A stretch of DNA of 64,000 bases from an uncultured bacterium (GCA_963819815.1 CAWFXL010000001.1:544001-608000), one strand, 5' to 3'. Counted from the stretch's first letter, positions 19,471 to 30,035 are shown. Notes: generated from the letters alone by a model not told the origin. Numbers and translations: made by a program.

Positions 19471-19893
19471 ATGAACAAATACTTTTTAACAGTTGCCCTA
19501 CTTATGACTTCGTCATCTATCATGAGTGTTCCCTATATTAAAAGCATATGCTGGGGAAAGATCGAAATAACAGATAAGGGAAAAGACACCATCTATAAAG
19601 ACGCAAAGGTGTGGCCTTCACAAGCAAAAGCGTGGGACTGGAAAGAAACAGGTACCTTACATGTGCCTGGAATACAAATCGCAGACATCAAAGAGTTCAT
19701 CAATGATGTTGATGAGGTAATCCTCACCCGAGGCATGGACCTCGTACTCCAAGTACCACAAGAAACTATCAAGTTTGTCACCGATAAAGGTAAAAAATGC
19801 CATGTTGGACAAACTGAAGAAATGGTGCAGCTTTATAATAAGTTAGTGAGACAAGGCAAAAAGGTTGGCGGAGTCTTCCACTCAACCTGCTAA
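19471..19893 (+). CDS. Mth938/AAMDC-like protein with signal peptide (copy 1)
   Basis: WGK..YKDAKVWP..WDWKETGT.H.PGIQ..RGM..LQVP..GGVFHSTC, matching the AAMDC pattern. Confidence 0.9.
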   Translation: MNKYFLTVALLMTSSSIMSVPYIKSICWGKIEITDKGKDTIYKDAKVWPSQAKAWDWKETGTLHVPGIQIADIKEFINDVDEVILTRGMDLVLQVPQETIKFVTDKGKKCHVGQTEEMVQLYNKLVRQGKKVGGVFHSTC

Positions 19894-19916
19894 GCTTCAT
19901 ATTTTCAAAGATTAAG

Positions 19917-19944
19917 AAGGCTCAAGAGATACTCTTGAGCCTTT
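19917..19944 (+). terminator. Intrinsic terminator (copy 1)
   Basis: AAGGCTCAAGAG-ata-CTCTTGAGCCTTT. Confidence 0.85.
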
Positions 19945-20261
19945 ATGCTTGTCTAGTCTCAGCTAAACTCTTGCCTCATACTCAGGGTATTTTCTGGACT
20001 TCGGCAACCATTCCAAGCTTATGACATGGTAAATGTGGCGTTGCAAGCAACTACTAGTTTGGGGCCTCATTCAAACCTTCTTGAGGTTCAACTTATATTT
20101 CCTTTCTGGCCAAGGTAATGATCACATGCCCATGTTGAATGACTATAGAACTGTTAAGTTCAAGCCTAGCAGCTCAGGGCAGGCCCTTTTGACTGTGCAA
20201 GCCATCCTCTGTACGCTATAAATAGTTGAATATAATAAGAAAAAACTATCATGAGGTTATT

Positions 20262-20994
20262 ATGAAGAATCGTTATACTTCTATCCTTCTCCTTGCGGTG
20301 ATGGGAGGCACAGTTTCGGGTCTTTATGCCGATAAGCCAAAATATTTTACCGCGGGTAATGTTTTTGCTGCGCTAGGATTAGCTGGTGCAACATACTATG
20401 CGTATGATCCTAGTAGACGCAAAGCAGAAACTAAGTGATGCGCGTGACTACATAAAAAATGCCGATTCTTTTACAATCGCTCTAGGGGCAGTTGCAGCGA
20501 GTTGTCTAGCCTATAAACTCTTTTTTCAAGGCGAAAATACACTTACCCAAGACACCCCAGCTATAGGGATTTCTTCACATAATCTTGTGCAGAAACCAAC
20601 GATCATGGCTTCATCATCTAGTATGAGTGCTCCCCACATTAAAAGCATCTCTTGGGGCAAACTAGTAATAACTGATAAGGGAAAAGACACCGTCTATAAA
20701 GATGCAAAGGTGTGGTCTTCACAAGCAAAAGCATGGAACTGGAAAGCTACAGGTACTGAACATGTACCCGGCATACAAATAGCAGACATCGAAGAGTTCA
20801 TCAAAGATGTTGACGAAGTAATCCTCACCCGAGGCATGCATCTCGTACTCCAGGTACCACAAGAAACTATCAAGTTTGTCACCGATAAAGGTAAAAAATG
20901 TCATGTTGGCCAAACTGAAGAAATGGTACAGCTCTATAATACGTTAGTAAGCCAAGGCAAAAAGGTTGGCGGAGTCTTCCACTCAACCTGCTAA
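20262..20994 (+). pseudogene. Frameshifted secreted AAMDC-like gene (copy 2) with extra hydrophobic N-terminal region
   Basis: Signal-peptide ORF 20262..20438 overlaps the +1-frame ORF 20386..20994 that carries the AAMDC domain; the join is near 20410-20416. Confidence 0.7.
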
Positions 20995-21017
20995 GCTTCA
21001 TATTTTCAAAGATTAAG

Positions 21018-21051
21018 AAGGCTCAAGAGATTCACCAACTCTTGAGCCTTT
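21018..21051 (+). terminator. Intrinsic terminator (copy 2)
   Basis: AAGGCTCAAGAG-N9-CTCTTGAGCCTTT. Confidence 0.85.
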
Positions 21052-21167
21052 ATACTTGTCTATTCTCAGCTAAACTCTTGCCTAATGCATAAGGTATTTT
21101 CTAGACTTCGGTAACATCGATTTTCTCTTTCATGAAAGATGCGAAGCTATGAATATCCTAACACCCT

Positions 21168-22781
21168 ATGCAAGTCACGCAGAGCCTTATTCTCAAGATG
21201 CTATCCTTGAAGCACGCCCATAGTCTTCGAAGAACAGCACCTTCTCATTTCCGGCTCAGTTCTCTCGCCGTTCTTGCATTTCTGGGCAACCTTACCACTC
21301 AGTGTGCTCTTCCTAAGAAGCCCTGCCATACTCCTCTAACAGCAACTGCAGAGTGCGCTCCCTGCTCTTTCGAGCAATGGGCCCAGAAAATACGAACACT
21401 TAAGGAACGGCCAATTGAGCTTTCTACGTTACCCGAAAAATCGGCTTACCAAAAAAATATTCTTACTCTCCCTCATTTTCTTGAGACAATCCAGAAAGCT
21501 GCGGATGCGATTGCTCTAGAAATCGGTTCTGATAAAAACTGGCTCCAAAAAAAGTCGGTTGTATCAAGCTTTCCTGAGATTTTTAAGCTGAGTCGCCCCC
21601 AAGTAAGTCCAACTCATGATGTACGCAATTTCCTCTTTAAACCCTATGCTCAGCGGCTTGTTGCACCTTCGGGAACTCAAGTTTTTATGTTTGGCGATCT
21701 CCATGGATCGGTGCACTCTCTTGTACGTGATCTTGAAAAGCTGCGCGACCTTGGGTATATCGATAACTCATTTAAGATCAGCAAAAAGGGCACCTACCTG
21801 CTTTTCCTCGGAGACTATATAGACCGCGGTATCTATGGTACCGAAGTCATCTATACCATAGCACGTTTAAAGATAGCAAATCCCCATCATGTTATCCTTA
21901 TTCGGGGGAACCATGAAGATTATATTCTCGAACCCTCCTTTAGAAAGAAACATTCATCTGAAGAAGAAAAGGATAATACTCCAAGCTTCATCGACGAACT
22001 GTACAAGAAATTTACTCTTACGGAAAAAGATGAAGTTCCCATCTTTCGGTTCTATGAAACACTCCCTCTAGTACTGTATCTTGGGTGCAGTAAGAAGGAG
22101 CATACCGATTACATGCACTGCTGCCATGGAGGGTTTGAATTGGGCTATGATCCATATCCTCTGCTTCATGCACCTCAAGAGATCCAATATGAAGCAATAG
22201 AAAAGCTCTGGCGTCGGAAAAACTTCTCTTCAAAGCTCACTCTGCCCTCACAAAATGCGATCAAATGTGCTTTCAGTTTAGACCTGCTGTGTAATGATAT
22301 TCGTGACTTCGTCCCAGAAGCGCCCTTCTATAAGATCGAAGGAACTGATCATGTTGCATACATTGGATTTCTGTGGAACGACCTGTATGTCGATCAAGAA
22401 AAAACGGTGGGACAGCGTGGTAAATCATTCACCGGGTGGGTATGTGGCTGCAATCTTGTAACTGATGTGCTTTCGTGGGGCAATTCAAAGACCGTTACGC
22501 TTCAAGGAATGTTCCGTGCTCATCAGCATAATAATGAAACTGGTGGCCCGATGCTTAATCTTCTCTGCTGTTCAAAGGGAGCAGCACGCTTGTGGAACAA
22601 GCCAATATATACGTTCGTTTCAGCTCCTGATTCGAAACTCGATGATACAGGAGAGCGCTGCTTTACCTATGATTCATTTGTGCATCTTACCACAGCACCA
22701 GCTTTTAAAGAATGGAAGATGGATCATTATATCCAGGATATTGGCATGGAAGTGAAACAATGGACAGCCGTAGCACTCTGA
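21168..22781 (+). CDS. PPP-family (calcineurin-like) Ser/Thr phosphatase
   Basis: GDLHG, GDYIDRG, RGNHE, HGG, LWND, RAHQ, SAP. Start uncertain. Confidence 0.88.
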   Translation: MQVTQSLILKMLSLKHAHSLRRTAPSHFRLSSLAVLAFLGNLTTQCALPKKPCHTPLTATAECAPCSFEQWAQKIRTLKERPIELSTLPEKSAYQKNILTLPHFLETIQKAADAIALEIGSDKNWLQKKSVVSSFPEIFKLSRPQVSPTHDVRNFLFKPYAQRLVAPSGTQVFMFGDLHGSVHSLVRDLEKLRDLGYIDNSFKISKKGTYLLFLGDYIDRGIYGTEVIYTIARLKIANPHHVILIRGNHEDYILEPSFRKKHSSEEEKDNTPSFIDELYKKFTLTEKDEVPIFRFYETLPLVLYLGCSKKEHTDYMHCCHGGFELGYDPYPLLHAPQEIQYEAIEKLWRRKNFSSKLTLPSQNAIKCAFSLDLLCNDIRDFVPEAPFYKIEGTDHVAYIGFLWNDLYVDQEKTVGQRGKSFTGWVCGCNLVTDVLSWGNSKTVTLQGMFRAHQHNNETGGPMLNLLCCSKGAARLWNKPIYTFVSAPDSKLDDTGERCFTYDSFVHLTTAPAFKEWKMDHYIQDIGMEVKQWTAVAL

Positions 22782-22805
22782 TACTAAGCTTTTAATCCCT
22801 TAGCA

Positions 22806-23039
22806 CTAAAATTCATGCATGATCACATGCTTGGTGATCCAGAGAAGTCCCAAGCCTAGAGTAATAGCTAGAATATACCCGTAGGGTTTGCTCGGGAACA
22901 GAAATGTTTCGAAAATTTTCTGCAGACCCCAACTAGTACAAATAACAGCAAAGCCCGCGACAAGCGCAAAAAGGATTTGATGATGATCTTGAAAGCTATG
23001 CAGTTTTTGCCAGAGCTCGTGTAACATGTCTCTACTCAA
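22806..23039 (-). CDS. Small two-TM membrane protein
   Basis: 77 aa with two hydrophobic helices. Confidence 0.6.
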   Translation of the reverse strand: MSRDMLHELWQKLHSFQDHHQILFALVAGFAVICTSWGLQKIFETFLFPSKPYGYILAITLGLGLLWITKHVIMHEF

Positions 23040-23257
23040 TACTAAAGGGACTCGTGATAGCGGAACGTTACCATAATTGTAAAAAAGAAATCACATTGCC
23101 GCAAGCTCCCGTTTAGAAAACACTGGCACCATGGCTAATGAGCAACTGCCTGATAACAGGATAATTTCCCTTCCTAACTTTGCTTATTCTTGATGTATTT
23201 AGTAGCTATACATTCATCTATCATATACATGGAACACGTGTAACTCGAATGGCGTTA

Positions 23258-24139
23258 TCACGAAAGCTTTTTAATCTCAGACCCACAGTCAAAGATGATT
23301 TGTCCTATGATATATTTTTTTGTTTCTAAATATTTATTCGCGGCTTCACTCCCAACGTCTAGACATATAAGTAACATAGGATCGGCCACCTCTTTAACGA
23401 TAGAAAAAAGAGCTTTGGCAAAAATTGCGACATGCTTTTGAGGGATAACGGCAACTTCTTTCTCGATATCATACTTGTTAACGCTTTCACATAAACCTTT
23501 AAGAAACGGATACATCACCGAAAGATCAGAGAGATAGAAAAGCAAGGGCTTTGTAATGAAAGCATTAAGTTCTGGCGAACAAGGTGTACTTTTAATCTGT
23601 TTAAGGGTCTTCGTTTTAGAGAGATACCCTATAATCGACTGTACCAGTATATCACCCAGCTCAAAACCCACCTTATAGGCCGGAAATTTCGCGTAATAGG
23701 AAAGATCATGATTGGTGTGCTCTTTAATCTGCTCATAAAGTCTTGGGTCTAACGGGCCCGACGACGCCGAGGAAAGAGGCATACTTTTAATGAAATTTCC
23801 TAGGTTACAGAGAAGTTCACCCAGATCGCGAGTCTCTTTAAGAAAACCCAGCATGTCTGGAAGAAAATCAAGATCTAGTCCACTATTTGACAGTATATCC
23901 GACTGTACCAAGTAATGGCCATGTTCGATATAAAGTCGCAGATTTTTAAAGGCTCTCTTATGCTCTGGTGCTGAAGGAGGATAGTCTAAAAAGGTGGTTA
24001 CTAAGCTCATAGCATTCGAATCTAGGGGAGTATCGGAAAAAAGAGGCTCAGGTCTTTGGAAGTTCCTGGCAGTCAACCCACTCATACAGAGTACTATACT
24101 ACTTAGTAACGTTAGCTGCATTGATAATCTTATCTGCAT
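23258..24139 (-). CDS. Secreted hypothetical protein
   Basis: RBS AAGGA; signal ending GLTA. Confidence 0.75.
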   Translation of the reverse strand: MQIRLSMQLTLLSSIVLCMSGLTARNFQRPEPLFSDTPLDSNAMSLVTTFLDYPPSAPEHKRAFKNLRLYIEHGHYLVQSDILSNSGLDLDFLPDMLGFLKETRDLGELLCNLGNFIKSMPLSSASSGPLDPRLYEQIKEHTNHDLSYYAKFPAYKVGFELGDILVQSIIGYLSKTKTLKQIKSTPCSPELNAFITKPLLFYLSDLSVMYPFLKGLCESVNKYDIEKEVAVIPQKHVAIFAKALFSIVKEVADPMLLICLDVGSEAANKYLETKKYIIGQIIFDCGSEIKKLS

Positions 24140-24328
24140 ATGATAATCCTTTACGTTTCTATATTTCTTAACTTTAGTATAGTGGTGTCGGCCCTTATTG
24201 TAAAAAGGTCCACTAATTCATGAGAAACTGAATAAGTACACGTGCATACCCTCATACAAATGGGGACTTATGTATATGCAGACTCAAAAATATTAATTTA
24301 TGCCATTTTACAAAGAATTTCCATCATC

Positions 24329-24350
24329 CCCCTGGCTTGTAAGCCAGGGG
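24329..24350. repeat. GC-rich palindrome (terminator or REP-like)
   Basis: CCCCTGGCTT-gt-AAGCCAGGGG, just downstream of the M16 peptidase. Confidence 0.6.
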
Positions 24351-24373
24351 TTTCGGGCTAAGACAGAAAGCTC

Positions 24374-27226
24374 TTATGCCGCTGAAAGGCTCAGCTTAGC
24401 TAATAACCAACTTAGAAAGCCGGGCTGTTCCTTTTTTTCTCCCTGCTGCCCTTGCTGCTGAGATGCTTTCTCTATCAGACTATCCTGCTCAATACGACCC
24501 GCCTTCACGACGGTCCATTGTGAAGGATCAAAGTACTTGCGAGCAACTTCATCTACTTCCTCTTTGGTAAGAGCTTGAAGCATTGCAAGGCGCTTTTCAA
24601 CGATATCCATGGGCCTATCATCAGAAATAATTCCACAAAATCTTGCGAGACGCGCTTCGTTAGTCATTTTCGATTTAAGGAGTTGCACTTGGTAAAAAAG
24701 TTTTTCATTATCAAGCTTTTCTTGGGGAATACCCTGTTGCGCAATGCTTCGTAGCAGCTCTTTTATCGCATTCTCTACGACAGTAACATTATTCACACTG
24801 AGTGGAACAATAATCTTTGCGGCTCCTTTTTGATGAATTGATGCTTCCCCTAACGATGTCATACAGGTATAAAAAGCCCCTGTCTGTTCACGTATTTCAA
24901 AGATCTTGTTAAACAAGTACGATTCAATGAGCTTCAAGGCTAAAGTATCTTTGCTACCGTAGTAATCAGTCACTCGTCCAAACGCAAGGTATACTTGATC
25001 CACAGGTATCGGGCGGAGAATCTCTGTCCCTTTTTGTGCAGTGATATCAGGAACCTTCAGTGTTTGCTCAACAAGTGGTTTATACTCTGGATCTTGTTTC
25101 CAGGTACCAAACACTCTTTCAAGCTCACTTTCGATAGTAGCAAGATCAAGGTTACCCACCATCACCATAAACATGTTGGCCGGATTAATATAGCGCTTAT
25201 TGAAAGTCAAAAGATCCGAACGGGTGAGTGCTTTGAGCTGCTTACAGAGCTCTTCATCAGACTCCATCCATGGATAGTCCTTAAACAGTTCAAGCACCAA
25301 CAAGCGATCTGCCATATATTCGGGTTTCATTTTAGCCATCGTAAATTGCTCAATAAGCGAGTTACGTTCTTGAGAGAATATTTTTGCGTCATAGACACAA
25401 TCTTTAAGGATATGGAGTGCGCGTGCAGCAATGTCAGGATAATCCTCTGATAAACAGTTTATGGTCCCACCAGTTGCAGAGATAGCTACTTGAGCACCTC
25501 GCAGATCAAAAAACTCTTGGTTCTGTTCTTTGGTATACTTCGATGTTTGCAAAGAAGAAGCAATACTATTCATCGCAAAAAGTCGCACCATCGACTGATG
25601 TTTCGAACTTTGTGCCATACCAAAAAGCTCAGATGTTTTAAATTGTAGGGCACTTGTTATAAACGGTGTAGTCTCAGATTTTTTTATATAGACCGTCAGA
25701 CCATTTTTCAAGGTAACCACTTTATCAGGCTTTTCAGCTACATAGGCTGCTAATATTTCTGAGTCAGGCAGATCGTGTGGATACCGTGCAGATTCAACAC
25801 TGGTCTCACGCATTTTTCGCTGAAGAATCGTCTGCTCATAGGTATCTTCCTCCTGCTTTTTTGAAAGCCATTGAGCTTGCTCAGCTTCAGGGATAGGAAG
25901 GCACAGAATCGAATATTTAGAAGAAGGGGTAAGATAGGCTTTTATAAAACCTTTTATGGCATCTTTTGTGATGCCCTTAATTCGGTCGAGCGTACCAAAA
26001 AATGTATCGGTCGATCGAGTTGGAAAGTACTCGTGCTCAATGGTTGCAGATAACGTTGAACAATGTTCAAAGAGCTTAAAGAATGCCACTTCAGAGAGCT
26101 TCTTGAAGCTATCCAATTCAGTTTGCGTTGGCCCTTCAGTCTTCAGTTTTTCAAGCTCATTGGTGATAAGCTCTTTTACCTCTTTAAGTTTCGCTTGGTT
26201 TTTAAGATCGAAGGTATAGAAGAAAACACCTCCCAACTGTCTTTGCAAACTACTTGCAGCGACCGAATATACAAGATCTTTTTGATCGACGAGCAGCTTT
26301 TCTAACCGTTTGGTAAGCACCCAAGAAAGGCATTGAGCATAGTCTCCAGTAAGGGGATCTTGAGGCATCTTCCAGAGGTAGGTATATTGTGCTTTAGGTA
26401 TCGGTTTATAGAGCGTTATCTTTTTTTGCGCAAAGTCGAGAGTTGGTATTACCTGGACCTCATTTTCAGGGGTAGGCTTATACCCTTCAGTTGCAAAAGT
26501 CTTGCGTGCTGCGGCAAGAGCCTCTTCCACGTTAATATCTCCAACAATCGTAAGCAGCGCTTTTGCTGGTCCATAGTTTCGCTTATAAAATGCTTTGAGA
26601 TCCTTACTTGTTGCATTCAACAATACCTCTTTATAGCCACCAACCGGATGATGATATGGGTGATTATGAGGATAGATAAGGGAACAAAGCTCATCACCAA
26701 TTATTGCAAACAAGTTTGTTGATCGTAAATTAAGCTCCTCAATCACCGCTTTCACTTCTGATGCAAAATGGTTCTCATCAAAGCGAACATTAAACATGCA
26801 ATCTGCGAGGATATTAAGGAATACAGGCCAGTTATTCTTATCTGCGTTAAAATAGTATCGTGTAAGATCTGCAGATGTAGCAGCATTATACCCCTGACCA
26901 ATATCGCCAAGATGATATTTATGGGCAATCGCTTTTAAGCCGGTCTCAGACATCTTATCAGTACCTTTAAACATCATATGTTCAACCATATGGGCAAGGC
27001 CACATTCGTGGGGTTGTTCATTCTTACCACCGACATCATAGGTAATCCCTACTTGAACTTTATAGGTATCGGGCATCGGGTAGCACATAACCGTTAGCCC
27101 ATTAGGCAAAACCTCGGTAACAAGACGCTCTTGAGCCTGAGAAAACCACTGAGAAAGAGGCTTCCTAGCTTCTATCATGCTCAAACTACACAATACAACG
27201 ATACATACTTGACGAAAGATATTCAT
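24374..27226 (-). CDS. M16 family zinc peptidase (PqqL-like), exported
   Basis: LPNGL, GLAHMVEHMMFKGT (HxxEH), a second inactive M16 half (LKNGL), and a signal peptide. Confidence 0.93.
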   Translation of the reverse strand: MNIFRQVCIVVLCSLSMIEARKPLSQWFSQAQERLVTEVLPNGLTVMCYPMPDTYKVQVGITYDVGGKNEQPHECGLAHMVEHMMFKGTDKMSETGLKAIAHKYHLGDIGQGYNAATSADLTRYYFNADKNNWPVFLNILADCMFNVRFDENHFASEVKAVIEELNLRSTNLFAIIGDELCSLIYPHNHPYHHPVGGYKEVLLNATSKDLKAFYKRNYGPAKALLTIVGDINVEEALAAARKTFATEGYKPTPENEVQVIPTLDFAQKKITLYKPIPKAQYTYLWKMPQDPLTGDYAQCLSWVLTKRLEKLLVDQKDLVYSVAASSLQRQLGGVFFYTFDLKNQAKLKEVKELITNELEKLKTEGPTQTELDSFKKLSEVAFFKLFEHCSTLSATIEHEYFPTRSTDTFFGTLDRIKGITKDAIKGFIKAYLTPSSKYSILCLPIPEAEQAQWLSKKQEEDTYEQTILQRKMRETSVESARYPHDLPDSEILAAYVAEKPDKVVTLKNGLTVYIKKSETTPFITSALQFKTSELFGMAQSSKHQSMVRLFAMNSIASSLQTSKYTKEQNQEFFDLRGAQVAISATGGTINCLSEDYPDIAARALHILKDCVYDAKIFSQERNSLIEQFTMAKMKPEYMADRLLVLELFKDYPWMESDEELCKQLKALTRSDLLTFNKRYINPANMFMVMVGNLDLATIESELERVFGTWKQDPEYKPLVEQTLKVPDITAQKGTEILRPIPVDQVYLAFGRVTDYYGSKDTLALKLIESYLFNKIFEIREQTGAFYTCMTSLGEASIHQKGAAKIIVPLSVNNVTVVENAIKELLRSIAQQGIPQEKLDNEKLFYQVQLLKSKMTNEARLARFCGIISDDRPMDIVEKRLAMLQALTKEEVDEVARKYFDPSQWTVVKAGRIEQDSLIEKASQQQGQQGEKKEQPGFLSWLLAKLSLSAA

Positions 27227-27480
27227 TAAAAGCTCCTTAGGCGATACAATTCCAAAAGTCTTAACATAATCAGTCTACCAAAGTCTGACCTATGCGCAAG
27301 TGGTGAGGGTTCTCAAGATACTCCCTCCCAATCATAAAAATCGCTGAGGATGCTCATCGGTCTGCATCAATCTTTGGCACTTCTATCACCCAACCTGCCC
27401 AAGTTCACGAATTCTTCCATCTGGCCCTTGAGCATGCTATGCTTCATAACAGTGAGTTCTCCAATTACAGATGTAAACCT

Positions 27481-27765
27481 ATGAAAAAGAAACCTCCAAA
27501 AAAATCATGGGTGGCCAAAGTACAAGCCACCTCATTTGCCATGAGCCTGCCCGAAGGTATTTTCACCCGGCCAGCCAAAGAAGTCGCGCAAGGACTCAAA
27601 GATGCTGTTCTTGCAAGCGACAAAACAAAGGGCACTAAGTTCCAGTCCGCAATGTCTATGCTCAATTATTATATTAATCGAGCCGGGAAGAAATTACGTG
27701 AAGAAGACAGGGAACGCCTGGAACAGGCAAAAGACGAACTGAGAAAACTCTTTGATAAGGAGTAG
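27481..27765 (+). CDS. DUF3175-like protein
   Basis: FQSAMSMLNYYINRAGKKL...LEQAKDELRKLF. Confidence 0.8.
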   Translation: MKKKPPKKSWVAKVQATSFAMSLPEGIFTRPAKEVAQGLKDAVLASDKTKGTKFQSAMSMLNYYINRAGKKLREEDRERLEQAKDELRKLFDKE

Positions 27766-27771
27766 AGAGAA

Positions 27772-28251
27772 ATGAATACTGCTTTAAAAGGCTCTTTACA
27801 GCGTGTACAAGAGGCACTGGAAAAATATAATCTAAATACACAGATTGTTGAATATGCCACTTCTACGCGAACTTCACAGGAGGCGGCAGATGCCATTGGC
27901 TGTGATCTAGGTCAGATCGTTAAGACACTCATCTTTAAAGGCAAGGAAAGCCATAGGCCATTGTGTGTACTCGTGAGCGGCAAAAATCGCGTAGAAGAAA
28001 AAAAAGTTTCTCTTATCGTTGGTGAACCGATCGAGCGGCCCGATGCAAAATTCGTTGAGCTCCATACGGGGTTTGCCATTGGAGGAGTTTCTCCCGTGGG
28101 ATATACTTTCGAACTACCCCCTTTAATCGATGAAGATCTCATTTCATATCCAATCCTATGGGCCGCTGCAGGAACACCACATACCGTTTTTAGTCTCACA
28201 CCTGCTGATTTAATCCGGATTACAAATGGACAGATAGCTAAGATACACTGA
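27772..28251 (+). CDS. YbaK/EbsC aminoacyl-tRNA deacylase family
   Basis: QIVKTL, TGFAIGGVSP, WAAAG. Confidence 0.9.
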   Translation: MNTALKGSLQRVQEALEKYNLNTQIVEYATSTRTSQEAADAIGCDLGQIVKTLIFKGKESHRPLCVLVSGKNRVEEKKVSLIVGEPIERPDAKFVELHTGFAIGGVSPVGYTFELPPLIDEDLISYPILWAAAGTPHTVFSLTPADLIRITNGQIAKIH

Positions 28252-28357
28252 GTTAGCAAAACTCTTGCATCAGAGCAACGGGTTGTCTAAAGTAGGGGCA
28301 AGATAAGAATTCTGAGTATCATTGGATAACTCTTGCACATGTTAAAAGGTTTTTCCC

Positions 28358-29185
28358 ATGCGTATCATTACAAAGTCATCCGGTGAGCAAGAAAGCTTCA
28401 TGCCGGACAAGTTCAAGAGATCCTTGCAAAGGGCCGGTGTATCTTTAAAGGTCAGCGAAATCCTTCTTCAAGAGGTCCTTGATCGACCTGAACTTGATAC
28501 TACGCAAAAAGTCTATGACTATGCTTTTCATAGACTTCGAGAAATCAATAGCCCAGTTGCAGCTCGTTACAGTCTTAAGAGTGCTTTGTACGAACTTGGC
28601 CCAGAAGGCTTTTTGTTTGAACGATTCATGGCTGAAGTTTTTAAAGCACAGGGCTACAGAACACGCAACGACGTGATACTCTCGGGAATGTGCGTAGATC
28701 ATGAAGTTGATATTATCATGGAGAAAGGCACTACGCGCTACATTGCAGAATGTAAGTTTCACAATCAAAGAGGTATAAAAACGGATGTCAAAGTTACTCT
28801 CTATGTGAAAGCACGATTTCTCGATCTCTCGGCACACTGGGAAAAATCTTCTCAACCAAGCTTTACAGGAGTCTGGTTGCTTACCAATACGCAGCTCACC
28901 CTTGAAGCAATAAAGTATGGTACCTGTGCAGGAGTAAACCTACTTGGATGGTCCTACCCTGAACAAGGCAACATTGCACAACTGATAGATACTCTTGGAC
29001 TTCATCCCATCACAAGCATCACCTGCTTAACCAGTCGACAAAAAAAGTTCCTTCTAGAACGCAATATTCTTCTTGCAAGCGAGCTGCTTGACCGTCCCGA
29101 TCTCTTAAAAGAGCTCGGTTTCACTCCTGAACAAATAGCCGCAACAACTGAAGAATTGCGGGTGCTCTGCAAGCCTTTGAGGTAG
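28358..29185 (+). CDS. ATP-cone + Mrr-like restriction endonuclease domain protein (paralog 1)
   Basis: ITKSSGEQESF..DKFKRSL (ATP cone); FERFMAEVF..GY, HEVD..ECK (PD-(D/E)XK). Confidence 0.85.
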   Translation: MRIITKSSGEQESFMPDKFKRSLQRAGVSLKVSEILLQEVLDRPELDTTQKVYDYAFHRLREINSPVAARYSLKSALYELGPEGFLFERFMAEVFKAQGYRTRNDVILSGMCVDHEVDIIMEKGTTRYIAECKFHNQRGIKTDVKVTLYVKARFLDLSAHWEKSSQPSFTGVWLLTNTQLTLEAIKYGTCAGVNLLGWSYPEQGNIAQLIDTLGLHPITSITCLTSRQKKFLLERNILLASELLDRPDLLKELGFTPEQIAATTEELRVLCKPLR

Positions 29186-29270
29186 TAAAGTAATTAAACG
29201 AAAAACCATTGAGAAAGCATCTAACAGTGTGCTATCGTAAAGACAGGATAACCACAAAAAAGAGGATCGT

Positions 29271-30035
29271 ATGAAGCATTCATATGTCTTTCTAGTTGCC
29301 AGTACCTTGAGTATACCTCTGTATTCCGTTGAGCAATCTCATACCACACCAAGCAAGGCATCTGAAGAGATTCCTTGTACTGAAGACCTCATGCGAGAGC
29401 ATGGGATTCTCAACCGCGTACTATTAATCTACGAAGAGTTGATCAATCAGATCGAAACGAATCGGCCCTTTGATAACAAAACTGCTCAGGAAGCACTACA
29501 GATCATCTACTCCTTTATTGAAAGTTATCATGAAAAGCTTGAAGAGGACTATATCTTCCCACTCTTTGAAAAAGCCAAAGTAGAGGTTGAGCTAGTGACA
29601 ACACTGAGAGCCCAGCATACAGCCGGTAGAAAGATTACTCAGAAATTACAGGAGCTTTGTTCTTCAAAAAAAATCACTGCCCAAGATCGTACTCAGATTA
29701 AAACGCTCATGCACGAATTCGTTACTATGTATCGACCTCATGAAGCACGTGAAGATACCGTTCTTTTTCCTAAAGTACGTTCACTTCTATCTCAAAAAGA
29801 ATTCGAAAAATTGAGCGACTACTTTGAAGAAAGTGAGAAGAAATTATTTGGTAAAGATGGATTTACCTCAATCCTACGGCAGGTTGAGATGCTTGAAAAA
29901 AAGCTGGGCATCTATAAACTCAGCCAATTCACTCCTCGGAGTCCCCTAGTTTCCCCGCCAGTTACTCATAAGGAAACTTCCCCACACCTTGAAAGAAACA
30001 GCTCCAAAAAACGTATCTCACGAGTAGTTCCATGA
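29271..30035 (+). CDS. Hemerythrin-domain protein with signal peptide
   Basis: EDLMREHG, YHEKLEEDYIFP, QHTAGR, HEAREDTVLFP. Confidence 0.88.
   Translation: MKHSYVFLVASTLSIPLYSVEQSHTTPSKASEEIPCTEDLMREHGILNRVLLIYEELINQIETNRPFDNKTAQEALQIIYSFIESYHEKLEEDYIFPLFEKAKVEVELVTTLRAQHTAGRKITQKLQELCSSKKITAQDRTQIKTLMHEFVTMYRPHEAREDTVLFPKVRSLLSQKEFEKLSDYFEESEKKLFGKDGFTSILRQVEMLEKKLGIYKLSQFTPRSPLVSPPVTHKETSPHLERNSSKKRISRVVP

Larger units (their letters stand above)
19505..21116 (+). repeat. Tandem duplication of about 500 bp (~19505-20009 and ~20606-21116)
   Basis: Near-identical AAMDC coding region plus terminator and about 120 bp of 3' flank. Confidence 0.9.
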
